DNA from: an uncultured Mycoplasmatota bacterium | Lineage (GTDB): Bacteria; Bacillota_I; Bacilli_A; RF39; UBA660 | Reading direction: 5' to 3' | DNA length: 64,000 bases | Assembly (NCBI GenBank): GCA_948467605.1 | Contig: CAOKET010000006.1 | Coordinates: forward strand, 1,255 to 65,254 | Made by a program: the position numbers and the translations under genes | Part shown: positions 19,879-29,862 of the stretch, in pieces | Layout of the letters: each line of letters opens with the position of its first letter | Numbering within the stretch: position 1 is the stretch's first letter | The notes under the pieces: generated by a model | Told to the model about the DNA's origin: nothing | Seen by the model: only the letters and a program-made list of their open reading frames with translations | Databases searched by the model: none

Positions 19879-21943
19879 AATATTATTATATTTTATCTTG
19901 GTATTAATACTTATATTTAGATTTATAACTAATAATTATAATTCAAAATATAGTGGATTAGAAACTAAAATAACTGGATATGTAAAATCAATAAACTTTA
20001 ATAATTCAAAACTAGAAATCCTATTAATTGCAAAAGAAAAAATACTAGTAAATTATTATGTGGATACAATAAAAGAAAAACAAAATATATTATCCAATAT
20101 AAAATTAGGAGATTATATAACTGTAAGTGGGGTTTTAAGTGAAGCACCAAAAAACAGTAATTTTAATATGTTTAATTATAAAGAGTATTTAAAAAGAAAT
20201 AATATATATTATATTATGAAATCAAAGTCAATAAATAAAGTAAAGACTAATACTAATATATTATATAATTTAAAACAAAAAGTAATAGATAGAATAAATA
20301 ATTTAAAATACTCTAAAAGTTATGTTTACTCATTTATTATGGGAGATACTAATTATATTAGTGATGAAGAATTAGAAGATTATAGAAATATAGGTATAAG
20401 CCATTTATTTGCCATATCTGGAATGCACATAAGTTTAATAATAATGTTATTATCTAAACTTCTTATTAAAACAAATAAATATATAAGATTTACCATAACT
20501 TCTATATTTTTATTATTATACTTATTTATTATAGATTTTTCTATAACTGCCCTAAGAGCATGTCTATTTACATTATTTTTAACACTTAACAAAAATACAA
20601 ACAAAATATTTACAAGTATTGAAATAGTTATAATAGTATTTTTATTACTAGTTATTTATAATCCAAATAATATATATAATATGGGACTACAAATATCAAT
20701 TATAGTATCATTCTTTCTAGTATTATTTTCTAAAAATATTAATAATAAAACAAATAAATTAAAAAAATTACTAAATATTTCATATATATCATTTATTTCT
20801 ACATTACCTATAATGATATATTATTTTAATACAGTAAATATACTAAGTATATTTATAAATATCCTATTTGTACCATTAGTGTCTTATATATTATTTCCGC
20901 TATGTATAGTTACATTTATACTTCCTATATTTGACTATATTTTATACTTTTTATTTAATTTATTTTACTTATTATCTAACAACTTAAATAATATAAATTT
21001 TTTAAAACTATCATTTTCTAATATGAATGTATTTATTTGTATAATCTATTATTTGGTATTACTTATGTATTATAAAAATAAACACGCACTTTATATATTT
21101 ATAATAATGTTATTTATTCATTATAATATTATATATTTTAATAGTAATATGTATATATATTTTTTTGATGTAGGGCAAGGAGATTCTATGCTTATTATGC
21201 TTCCACATAATAAAGGAAATATATTAATAGATACAGGAGGTAAAAATAACTACTGTATTAGTGAACTTGGTTGTAATACATATAGTTTAGGTGAGAAATT
21301 AATAATACCATCATTAAAGAAATTAGGAATAAAACATTTAGATTATTTAATATTAACACACGGTGATTATGATCACATGGGAGAAGCAATTAATATAGTT
21401 AATAACTTTAAAGTAAATAAAGTTATATTTAATTGTGGTGAGTTTAATGAATTAGAACAAGAGCTTATAAAAGTATTAAATAAAAAGAAAATACCATATT
21501 ACTCTTGTATTAAAAAGTTAAATATATATGATAATAAATTATATTTTTTGAACAATAAAGATTATGGTAATGAAAATGATAATTCAAGTGTTGTATATAC
21601 TGAACTAAATAAATATAAATTTCTATTTGTGGGAGATGCAGGAGTAGAAGTAGAAGAAGATTTAATAGAAAAATATAATCTACAGGATATTGATATTTTA
21701 AAAGTTGGACATCATGGCAGTAAGACAAGTTCTAGTAAAAACTTTATAGATGAGATTAATCCAAAATATTCAGTTGTTAGTGTAGGTAAGAATAACAGGT
21801 ATGGTCATCCTAATAATACAGTATTAGATACTTTATCTTACTCTAAAATCTATAGAACTGACCAAGATGGAAGCGTAGAAGTCAAAATAAATAAAAAAGG
21901 ATATATTATAACAACTTGTATTCCTCAGAAAGGAAAAATATGA
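19847..21943 (+). CDS. comEC: DNA internalization-related competence protein ComEC/Rec2
   Basis: 698 aa; competence domain with GISHLFAISGMHI, many TMs, C-terminal metallo-beta-lactamase domain HGDYDHMG. Confidence 0.85.
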   Translation: MMQSKNILKFKILLYFILVLILIFRFITNNYNSKYSGLETKITGYVKSINFNNSKLEILLIAKEKILVNYYVDTIKEKQNILSNIKLGDYITVSGVLSEAPKNSNFNMFNYKEYLKRNNIYYIMKSKSINKVKTNTNILYNLKQKVIDRINNLKYSKSYVYSFIMGDTNYISDEELEDYRNIGISHLFAISGMHISLIIMLLSKLLIKTNKYIRFTITSIFLLLYLFIIDFSITALRACLFTLFLTLNKNTNKIFTSIEIVIIVFLLLVIYNPNNIYNMGLQISIIVSFFLVLFSKNINNKTNKLKKLLNISYISFISTLPIMIYYFNTVNILSIFINILFVPLVSYILFPLCIVTFILPIFDYILYFLFNLFYLLSNNLNNINFLKLSFSNMNVFICIIYYLVLLMYYKNKHALYIFIIMLFIHYNIIYFNSNMYIYFFDVGQGDSMLIMLPHNKGNILIDTGGKNNYCISELGCNTYSLGEKLIIPSLKKLGIKHLDYLILTHGDYDHMGEAINIVNNFKVNKVIFNCGEFNELEQELIKVLNKKKIPYYSCIKKLNIYDNKLYFLNNKDYGNENDNSSVVYTELNKYKFLFVGDAGVEVEEDLIEKYNLQDIDILKVGHHGSKTSSSKNFIDEINPKYSVVSVGKNNRYGHPNNTVLDTLSYSKIYRTDQDGSVEVKINKKGYIITTCIPQKGKI

Positions 21944-22827
21944 ATTACTACAATGAAATAAAGAATCAAATAATAAACAATGAAATAACAAAAAAAGTAA
22001 AAGATTATAGCAAAAATAAAAGTGATTTAAATACTTATTATAATATTGGAAAACTACTTTTTGAGGCAGGTAAACATTATAGAGAAGGAATAATAAGGGA
22101 ATACTCTATTAAACTTACAAATGAATTTGGAAAAGGATATACACAATCTAGATTAAGATATTTTAGAAGATTTTTTGAAGTATTCTCAAAATGTCCGACA
22201 CTGTCAGACGAATTGACATATTCACATTATTGTGAAATTATTTGGTTAGAAGAAATAGAAATAAGTTATTATATAAAAATAAGCATTGAACAGAATTTGT
22301 CTGTGAGAAATCTAAGGCAAAGAATAAAAACAAATGAATATAAGAGATTAGATGAAAATACTAAACTAAAAATTATTAATGAAGAAAAAAGTAAAGTAAC
22401 AGATTTAGTAAAGAATCCAATTATTATTAAAAATAGTAATAACTATAAAATAATATCTGAAAAAATATTACAAAGATTAATATTAGAAGATATTCCATCA
22501 TTTTTAGATGAGTTAGGTAGTGGTTTCACATTTGTAAGAAATGAATATAAAATAAAAATAGGAGATGTTTATAATTACATAGACTTACTCTTATATAACA
22601 TAGAATTTAATTGTTATGTAGTAGTAGAACTAAAAATAACAGAACTAAAAAAAGAACATATTGGACAAATACAAGTATATATGAATTATATAAATAGTAA
22701 TTTAAAAACAAATAAGCAAGATAAAACAATAGGAATAATAATATGTAAGAAAGATAATAAATTTATTATGGAATATTGTAGTGATGATAGAATAATTACT
22801 AAAGAATATGAATTAATGGAACTATAA
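21940..22827 (+). CDS. DUF1016/YhcG-family PD-(D/E)XK nuclease (copy 1)
   Basis: C-terminal IDLLLYN...YVVVELKITELKKEHIGQIQVYMNY restriction-endonuclease-like core; ATGA overlap with the comEC stop; about 60-65% aa identity to the ORF at 46282. Confidence 0.6.
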   Translation: MNYYNEIKNQIINNEITKKVKDYSKNKSDLNTYYNIGKLLFEAGKHYREGIIREYSIKLTNEFGKGYTQSRLRYFRRFFEVFSKCPTLSDELTYSHYCEIIWLEEIEISYYIKISIEQNLSVRNLRQRIKTNEYKRLDENTKLKIINEEKSKVTDLVKNPIIIKNSNNYKIISEKILQRLILEDIPSFLDELGSGFTFVRNEYKIKIGDVYNYIDLLLYNIEFNCYVVVELKITELKKEHIGQIQVYMNYINSNLKTNKQDKTIGIIICKKDNKFIMEYCSDDRIITKEYELMEL

Positions 22828-22880
22828 AGTAAATAATTCATAATATATAGTAACACAATATTTGTGTGTTTATATAGATA

Positions 22881-22908
22881 AGGGGAAAACTATTTTTCCC
22901 TCTTTTTT
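22881..22908 (+). terminator. Rho-independent terminator
   Basis: agggaaaa/ttttccct stem followed by a T-run. Confidence 0.5.
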
Positions 22909-22959
22909 AATTAAACTATTTCTAGTAATAGTTTATTTTTTATGTTATTATTTTAATAG

Positions 22960-25530
22960 GTGAAGTTTATGAAAAATGTTGTACTAATAGATGGAAATAA
23001 TTTAATGTTTAGAAGTTACTATGCAACTATGTATTCTGGTAATTCTATGAAAAACTCTAAAGGAATACCGACAAATGCATTATATGGTTTTGTAAATATG
23101 GTAAATAAAATAATTACAGAAGAAAATCCAGAATATATGTTAATCGCATTTGATAAGGGAAAAACTTTTAGACATGAAGAATGTGAAACATATAAAGGTG
23201 GAAGAATTGAAACACCTGATGACTTAAAACAACAATTTAAAATAGTAAAAGAACTACTTACACTAATGAAAGTAAAATGGTTTGAAATAGATAACTACGA
23301 AGCAGATGATATAATTGGTACATTAGCAAGAATAATAGATGAAACAGATGATTACAAAGGTACAATTATAAGTAGTGATAAAGATTTACTTCAACTTATA
23401 TCTGATAAAGTTATTGTAAAACACTTAAAACAAACTGGCTTCATATGGATGGATAGAGATAATTTCTATAAAGAATATGGTATAGAACCAATAAATATGA
23501 TTGACCTAAAAGCAATCGCAGGAGATCAATCAGATAATATAAAAGGTGTAAAAGGAATAGGAGAAAAGGGTGCATTAAAACTTTTAAATGAATATAATAC
23601 AATAGAAAATATATACTTAAATATTGATAAAATAAACGGTAAAACAAAAGAAAAACTTATTGAATCTAAAGAAGATGCTTTCTTAAGTAAAAAATTAGTA
23701 ACAATATATAAAGACGTTCCACTTAATTTTTCACTAGAAGATACAAAATATGAAAATATAGTTACAAAAGAATTAATTGATAAATATAAAGAACTAGAAT
23801 TCTTTTCATTAGTAAAAAAGATAGATAATTTTAAGAGCGATAAAAAACAAGATGTTACAATTGTTAAAAACATAGATGACATTAATATAAATAGTACATC
23901 ATCATTTATTATAGAATTAGATAATACTAACTATCACTTTGCAAATATTATTGGAATAAGTATATATGATGGAAATAATTGTTATTATGCTTCCTCTTCT
24001 TTAGTAGAAGGAATAATAAAAAAATATAGTAAATATTTTAAAATAACATATGATTTAAAAAAGATGTTAAGTATATTTAGAAGATATAACCTAACATTAA
24101 ATGGTGTAGATGACGTTATGATATCATCATACCTTTTAAACTATAACTTAAAAGAAGATATTGCATATCTTGCTAACCAATTTGATTACGATATAGAATT
24201 TTTAGAAAATATAAAAAATGATGAAGATAAATTTATAAATGCTAGTGCAAAAAAATGTATATTCTTATATGAAATAAATAATACATTAAAAGAAAAACTA
24301 GATAATGAAAATATGTATAATTTATATAAGGATTTAGAATTACCACTTACATATGTATTAGAAGATATGGAAAGTACTGGAATGTTAGTAGATGAAACAG
24401 TATTAGATAAAATGAAAGATGAATTTGAGGCAAGAATAGACATTATATCTAAAGAAATATACGATTTAGCAGGAGTAGAATTTAACGTATCTTCTCCTAA
24501 ACAACTAGGAGAAATTCTATTTGAAAAGTTATCGCTACCAATGGGTAAAAAGACAAAAAGCGGTTACTCAACTAGTGCAGAAGTATTAGATAAATTGATT
24601 GACAAGCATCCAATAATTTCTAAAATAATAGAATATAGAATGCTAACTAAACTACATGGTACCTATATAATTGGATTAAAGCCATATATAATGAGTGATG
24701 GTAAAATTCATACTATTTTTAATCAAACACTAACTAGGACAGGTAGATTATCATCAAGCGAACCAAATTTACAAAATATACCTATAAGATATGAAGTTGG
24801 TAGATTAGTAAGAAAATGTTTTATACCCGAAGAAAACAGCATATTTATAACTAGTGATTACTCACAAATAGAACTTAGAATTTTAGCACACATTTCAAAC
24901 GTAGAAGAATTAAAAAAAGCATTTATTGAAAATATTGATATACATACTAAAACTGCCTCTGATATATTCGATGTACCAATTGAGGCAGTAACTAAAGAAA
25001 TGAGAAGACATGCTAAAGCGGTTAACTTTGGAATAATATATGGTATAAGTGCATTTGGACTATCAGAAGATATAGGGATGAGTCCTGCTAGTGCAAAAAA
25101 ATTCATAAATAAATACTTTGAAGAATATCCTGGTGTTAAAGAGTATATGGATAACGTAATAAAACAGGCATACGAAACTACATGTGTAACTACACTAATG
25201 GGAAGAAGAAGAATTATTGATGAATTAAAAAACACTAACTACATGATAAGAAGTAGCGGTGAGAGAATGGCACTAAATACACCTATACAAGGAACTAGTG
25301 CAGACATAATAAAAAAAGCAATGATAGATATATATAACAAAATAAAAGAAAAAAATCTAAAAAGTAGAATGATTCTTCAAATACACGATGAACTTATGTT
25401 TAACGTTGTAAATGAAGAAAAAGAAATACTTTTAGATATAGTAAAATCTTCAATGGAAAATGCCTATAAATTATCAGTTCCATTATCAGTAGAAGTTGAT
25501 TATGGTAATAACTGGTATGAATTGAAGTGA
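22960..25530 (+). CDS. polA: DNA polymerase I
   Basis: 856 aa; 5'-3' exonuclease N-terminus, degenerate 3'-5' exonuclease region, polymerase motifs DYSQIELRILAHIS, RRHAKAVNFGIIYG, QIHDEL; start could also be the ATG at 22969. Confidence 0.95.
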   Translation: MKFMKNVVLIDGNNLMFRSYYATMYSGNSMKNSKGIPTNALYGFVNMVNKIITEENPEYMLIAFDKGKTFRHEECETYKGGRIETPDDLKQQFKIVKELLTLMKVKWFEIDNYEADDIIGTLARIIDETDDYKGTIISSDKDLLQLISDKVIVKHLKQTGFIWMDRDNFYKEYGIEPINMIDLKAIAGDQSDNIKGVKGIGEKGALKLLNEYNTIENIYLNIDKINGKTKEKLIESKEDAFLSKKLVTIYKDVPLNFSLEDTKYENIVTKELIDKYKELEFFSLVKKIDNFKSDKKQDVTIVKNIDDININSTSSFIIELDNTNYHFANIIGISIYDGNNCYYASSSLVEGIIKKYSKYFKITYDLKKMLSIFRRYNLTLNGVDDVMISSYLLNYNLKEDIAYLANQFDYDIEFLENIKNDEDKFINASAKKCIFLYEINNTLKEKLDNENMYNLYKDLELPLTYVLEDMESTGMLVDETVLDKMKDEFEARIDIISKEIYDLAGVEFNVSSPKQLGEILFEKLSLPMGKKTKSGYSTSAEVLDKLIDKHPIISKIIEYRMLTKLHGTYIIGLKPYIMSDGKIHTIFNQTLTRTGRLSSSEPNLQNIPIRYEVGRLVRKCFIPEENSIFITSDYSQIELRILAHISNVEELKKAFIENIDIHTKTASDIFDVPIEAVTKEMRRHAKAVNFGIIYGISAFGLSEDIGMSPASAKKFINKYFEEYPGVKEYMDNVIKQAYETTCVTTLMGRRRIIDELKNTNYMIRSSGERMALNTPIQGTSADIIKKAMIDIYNKIKEKNLKSRMILQIHDELMFNVVNEEKEILLDIVKSSMENAYKLSVPLSVEVDYGNNWYELK

Positions 25531-25542
25531 TAAGGGGGTTAT

Positions 25543-26421
25543 ATGAGTAAAATTACAACTACATTATTAAAAAGTTTAATTGTAAATATTGTTCTTGTAA
25601 TTGTAAAATTTATAGTTGGTATTATAGGAAAATCTAGTGCTTTAGTAGCAGATGGTATACATTCTTTATCTGACTTAGCAACAGATTTAGTTGCAATTAT
25701 CGGTTCAAAACTTTCTAACAAACCAGCAGATGATGAGCATCCATATGGACACGGTAGAATAGAGTATGTAACTAGTATAATAATAGGAATAGTAATATTA
25801 ATTTTAGGATTAACACTCGTATTTAACAGTAAAAAAGAACAAATTCCTAGTATTATTGTAATATATGCATCAATATTTACAATAATAGCAAAGTTTTTAA
25901 TATCAAGATATTTATGTGTTGTTGGAAAAAAATTAGATAATCAAATACTTATTTCAAGTGGAAAAGAAAGTTCAATGGATGTTATTTCATCATTTGTAGT
26001 ATTAATATCATCAATATTAGTACAATTTTCTAATATAGTACCATTTTTCAAACACATTGATAGAATATCAACTATAATAATAGGAATATTTATTATAAAA
26101 ATAGCAATAGATGTTTTAAAATCAAATATAAATTTAATATTAGGTGAAGTAATAAGAAATGAAGAATACTTAGAAAAAGTAAGAGATATTATATTAAAGA
26201 TTAAGGGTGTCGTTAAAATAGATGATTTAAAAGTAATAAAATTAGGTAGTTATAACGAGGCAAAAATATATATATCAGTTAATAAAAATATATCTTTAAT
26301 AAAGGCACACGATATAGCACATCAAGTAGAAGACGAACTAAAAATAAATGAAGAATTGAAGATTAAATATGTAATAGTACATATAAATCCAATAGAAAAA
26401 GTTAAAAAAAATAAAAAATAA
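25543..26421 (+). CDS. Cation diffusion facilitator family transporter
   Basis: Six TMs with HSLSDLATD and HPYGHGR motifs plus a C-terminal cytoplasmic domain. Confidence 0.8.
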   Translation: MSKITTTLLKSLIVNIVLVIVKFIVGIIGKSSALVADGIHSLSDLATDLVAIIGSKLSNKPADDEHPYGHGRIEYVTSIIIGIVILILGLTLVFNSKKEQIPSIIVIYASIFTIIAKFLISRYLCVVGKKLDNQILISSGKESSMDVISSFVVLISSILVQFSNIVPFFKHIDRISTIIIGIFIIKIAIDVLKSNINLILGEVIRNEEYLEKVRDIILKIKGVVKIDDLKVIKLGSYNEAKIYISVNKNISLIKAHDIAHQVEDELKINEELKIKYVIVHINPIEKVKKNKK

Positions 26422-26475
26422 AGTCAAATCTTTATTTTTTTGTGTTATAATAATTAATACTAGGAGGCGTATAAA

Positions 26476-27291
26476 ATGGATGACGATTTTGAAATGTATG
26501 ATGAAGATGAAATTAGTAAGAGTAGTTTAGATTTATATAATATGCAAGACCCTGAACCTAATTATCAAAATACCCAATCTACTTCGGTTTTAACGCCGAT
26601 GTACGAAGAAGATAATAATGTAAGTTACGAAGAGGAACTAAAAACAGCAACACCTATAATAGAAGAAAAAAAGGAAGAAGAGCAAGTTGAAGAAACCCCA
26701 AAAGAAGTAACATATACCTCTGACTTTATGGATTATGATCCAATGTTACATAATGGTTTACAGACTGATGGTGATTATGTAATTACATCATTTAATCCAA
26801 ATGAAAATAGTGATTATGTGCCAGAAAAAACAAATTTTGATAGTGAAAATATGATGGAGTCACATAGCGAAGAAAATGTTGAAGTTGAACCCCCTAAAAA
26901 AGAAGAGGAGGAACCACCTGTTCCAGAAGATTATAATACAGCAGGTATGATGACATATGATACCAATAACGTAGATACTTTTAATGATGGAAAAACACCA
27001 ACAGAAACAGTAGTTACAAGATTCATATTTGATGAAATGAAAAATAGTGAGGAACCAAAACCACAAGAACTTCCAAGTCAAGAAGTAGAGCAAGAAGTAA
27101 CAAAACCAGCAAATATGGGGGCAATACCTATATATAATAGACAAGATGAGATAGATAAAAACATAAAAAATCAAAATTCAAATAGGAAAACATATGAAAT
27201 GGTAGGTATGGTTATATTCTTTGCATTATTAATACTTGTAATTAGTTTTTTTCCAGATATAAATAAAATATTTGATAACTTTAAAAAATAA
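26476..27291 (+). CDS. Acidic Glu/Pro-rich protein with a single C-terminal TM anchor
   Basis: 271-aa low-complexity acidic protein ending in MVGMVIFFALLILVISFF; good RBS. Confidence 0.4.
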   Translation: MDDDFEMYDEDEISKSSLDLYNMQDPEPNYQNTQSTSVLTPMYEEDNNVSYEEELKTATPIIEEKKEEEQVEETPKEVTYTSDFMDYDPMLHNGLQTDGDYVITSFNPNENSDYVPEKTNFDSENMMESHSEENVEVEPPKKEEEEPPVPEDYNTAGMMTYDTNNVDTFNDGKTPTETVVTRFIFDEMKNSEEPKPQELPSQEVEQEVTKPANMGAIPIYNRQDEIDKNIKNQNSNRKTYEMVGMVIFFALLILVISFFPDINKIFDNFKK

Positions 27292-27345
27292 TACCAAACT
27301 TATGGTATTTTTTGATATAATTAAGCTAGATTTGAGGTATTACAT

Positions 27346-28074
27346 ATGGATTATACAGTTAAAATAGATGAATTTGAAGGACCACTTGACTTACTTTTAC
27401 ATCTAATAAAACAAGATGATATAGATATATACGAAATATCTATAGAAAGAATAGTAAGCCAGTACATGGATTACATAGAAAAAATGCAAGAATTAAACCT
27501 AACAATCGCATCAACATACTTAGTAATGGCAGCAGAATTAATAGAAATGAAATCAAGATCTCTTTTACCCAAAAAAGAAAATAATGAAGATGAAGATAAC
27601 TATGAGGAAGACCCAAAAGACAAGTTAATTAAACGATTAATTGAATATAAACAATACAAAGAAATGAGTACAAAATTTAAAGATTTAGAGTATACAAGAA
27701 GTTTCATATTCACTAAACAACCAGATAATATGAAAGAATATATAGAAGATGAGATTATTGATCCAGAAGATAGTAAAGATGTAAATATTTTAATAAATGC
27801 CTTCCAAGAATTATTAAATAGAAAACAACTACAAAGACCAATAAATACAGTAATAACAAAGAAAGAAATATCAGTAGTTGAAAGAAAAAAACATATACAA
27901 AAAATACTAAGTAATAAAAAACAAGTTTACTTTGATGAATTATTTGATATAATGACTAAGGATTATGTAGTAGTTACATTCCTAACTATATTAGAAATGG
28001 CTAAAGAAAAAAGTTTAGAGATAAAACAAGATGCTAATTTCGACCAAATTTTAATATTAAATAGGGGGAATTAA
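27346..28074 (+). CDS. scpA: Segregation and condensation protein A
   Basis: N-terminus IDEFEGPLDLLLHLIKQDDIDIYEISI is canonical ScpA. Confidence 0.85.
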   Translation: MDYTVKIDEFEGPLDLLLHLIKQDDIDIYEISIERIVSQYMDYIEKMQELNLTIASTYLVMAAELIEMKSRSLLPKKENNEDEDNYEEDPKDKLIKRLIEYKQYKEMSTKFKDLEYTRSFIFTKQPDNMKEYIEDEIIDPEDSKDVNILINAFQELLNRKQLQRPINTVITKKEISVVERKKHIQKILSNKKQVYFDELFDIMTKDYVVVTFLTILEMAKEKSLEIKQDANFDQILILNRGN

Positions 28075-28076
28075 AA

Positions 28077-28649
28077 ATGAATTATAAACCAATATTAGAA
28101 GGACTATTATTTGTTGTTGGAGAAGAAGGTCTAACAATAAGTGAAATAAGTGAAATTCTAGAAATAGATAAAGAAGAAACAAACAAATTATTAGATGAAT
28201 TAAGATTATCATATGAAGATAACTCTAGAGGAATTAATCTAGTTTTACTTGGAAATAAATATAAACTAGCAACAAAAAAAGAGTATAGTGAATACTGTAA
28301 AAAATTAATAGAAGCAACAAGTAATACACTATCACAAGCAGCACTTGAAACACTAGCCGTAATAGCATATAATGAGCCAGTAACTAGAATAGAAATAGAT
28401 GAAATAAGGGGAGTAAGCAGTAGTCAGTTAGTTAGAAAATTAGTCTTAAAAGGTCTTATATGTGAGGCAGGCAAATCAGATTTACCAGGTAGACCAAACC
28501 TTTATAAAACTACAGACAAATTCTTAGATTATTTTAATCTATCTAGTAAAGATGAACTTCCAAAATTTGATAATATTGTATCAGAAGCAATAGAAAGTTC
28601 TTTATTTGAAACAAAGTATAAAGAAGAAGTTGATGAAATAATTCAGTAA
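28077..28649 (+). CDS. scpB: Segregation and condensation protein B
   Basis: 190 aa, ILEGLLFVVGEEGLT winged-helix repeats; immediately follows scpA. Confidence 0.85.
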   Translation: MNYKPILEGLLFVVGEEGLTISEISEILEIDKEETNKLLDELRLSYEDNSRGINLVLLGNKYKLATKKEYSEYCKKLIEATSNTLSQAALETLAVIAYNEPVTRIEIDEIRGVSSSQLVRKLVLKGLICEAGKSDLPGRPNLYKTTDKFLDYFNLSSKDELPKFDNIVSEAIESSLFETKYKEEVDEIIQ

Positions 28650-28691
28650 AAGTATAGAATTTTGTTAGATATTATGTTATAATGTCTACAT

Positions 28692-28776
28692 GCCCGTATG
28701 GCGGAATTGGTAGACGCACACGACTCAAAATCGTGCGAAGAAATTCATGTCAGTTCGAGTCTGACTATGGGCACCA
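28692..28776 (+). tRNA. tRNA-Leu (anticodon CAA), CCA encoded
   Basis: Cloverleaf folded by eye: acceptor gcccgta/tatgggc, anticodon loop ctCAAaa, long variable arm, TPsiC arm gttcgagtc, 3' CCA. Confidence 0.85.
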
Positions 28777-28789
28777 GATTGAATTGATA

Positions 28790-28812
28790 CTCGAACTTTT
28801 TATTCGAGAGTA
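28790..28812 (+). terminator. tRNA-Leu trailer hairpin (ctcgaac...ttcgag) with T-run
   Basis: Same ACTCGAA/TTCGAGT stem recurs at 56752 and 57752. Confidence 0.45.
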
Positions 28813-28874
28813 ATAAATATTAACTAGAAGTATCGTCTAGTTTTTTTGTTATTTGAGAATGGAAGTGATGAGTT

Positions 28875-29328
28875 ATGAAGGAAGTTAAGGAATTAGAGTT
28901 TGATAAGGAAGTTTTAAAAAAGATTGAAATGATATATAGATTTGCTTGTGTTAAACCTATTATTAAGCAAAGGAAGTTGTACTACAAAAATTATTTGATA
29001 TTATTAATAGAGATATTTTTGAAACAACATTTTTAGAATCAGTTAAGTGTTATCCTTTAATGCAAAAAAATTTAAAAACTTGTTCTAGTAATTGTAAGAA
29101 TATAATGTTAGAACAATTAAGAATACTAAATTGATTATCACTCTAGGAGAATTTCCAACAAGAAATTTACTAGATTTTAAATTTGATAAGTTTGTAGATG
29201 TAGTTGGTAATATATATGAAGTAGAAAAATATAAAGTATTACCTATATATTATCTTAGTCTTATATTTCCAAAGAGTTATAAAGGTAACATCCCTATTTT
29301 TGAGAAATTAAAAGAAGCACATATGTGA
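28875..29328 (+). other. Cluster of short overlapping ORFs in three frames (likely remnant of a decayed gene)
   Basis: Three 25-65-aa ORFs that continue one another across frame changes; no recognisable motif. Confidence 0.3.
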
Positions 29329-29346
29329 AAGGGGGATTGTTGTACT

Positions 29347-29704
29347 ATGGAAGAAAGCAAAAATTTAATAATTAGGAGTAGCACAGAAGAATTTTTAACA
29401 TTTAAAATTCAAGAGTGTGATAAAGGAATTAAAGTTAGATATGATAAAGACACTTTATGGATGGACCCAAAAGGCAATAGCAGAATTATTTGATGTTGAA
29501 CAACCTGCAGCATCTAAACATTTTATAAATATATATAATGAAAAAGAATTAGATAAAACCTCAACTAATTCCAAAATGGAATTAGTTCAAAAAGAGGAAA
29601 ACAGAAATGTTGAGTTTTATAATTTAGATTCAATAATTTCCATAGGTTATAGGGTTAATTCTTTAAGAACTACACAATTTAGAAGATGGGCAACTAATAT
29701 TTAA
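29347..29704 (+). pseudogene. RhuM-family virulence protein, frameshifted and C-terminally truncated
   Basis: YNLDSIISIGYRVNSLRTTQFRRWAT is the RhuM signature; the N-terminal part is in another frame (MEESKNLIIRS...DTLWM); the ORF ends far short of the usual family length. Confidence 0.6.
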
Positions 29705-29862
29705 AAAAAAAGCAACATGATAGTTTTTTAGAACAAATTTAGTAAACTATGCTATACTTATACTAATTGGTAATTATTAATATCTATTAATTGTTTACAA
29801 GAAAAGTTAAAACTACGAATATAAGAAAAAAATAATATTGAAAATAAAAGGAGATTGTATAA

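Noticed and set aside
29131-29328. 65-aa ORF with TTG start downstream of tRNA-Leu
   Set aside because: It is part of a run of frame-hopping short ORFs. I treat it as debris of a decayed gene rather than an independent CDS.
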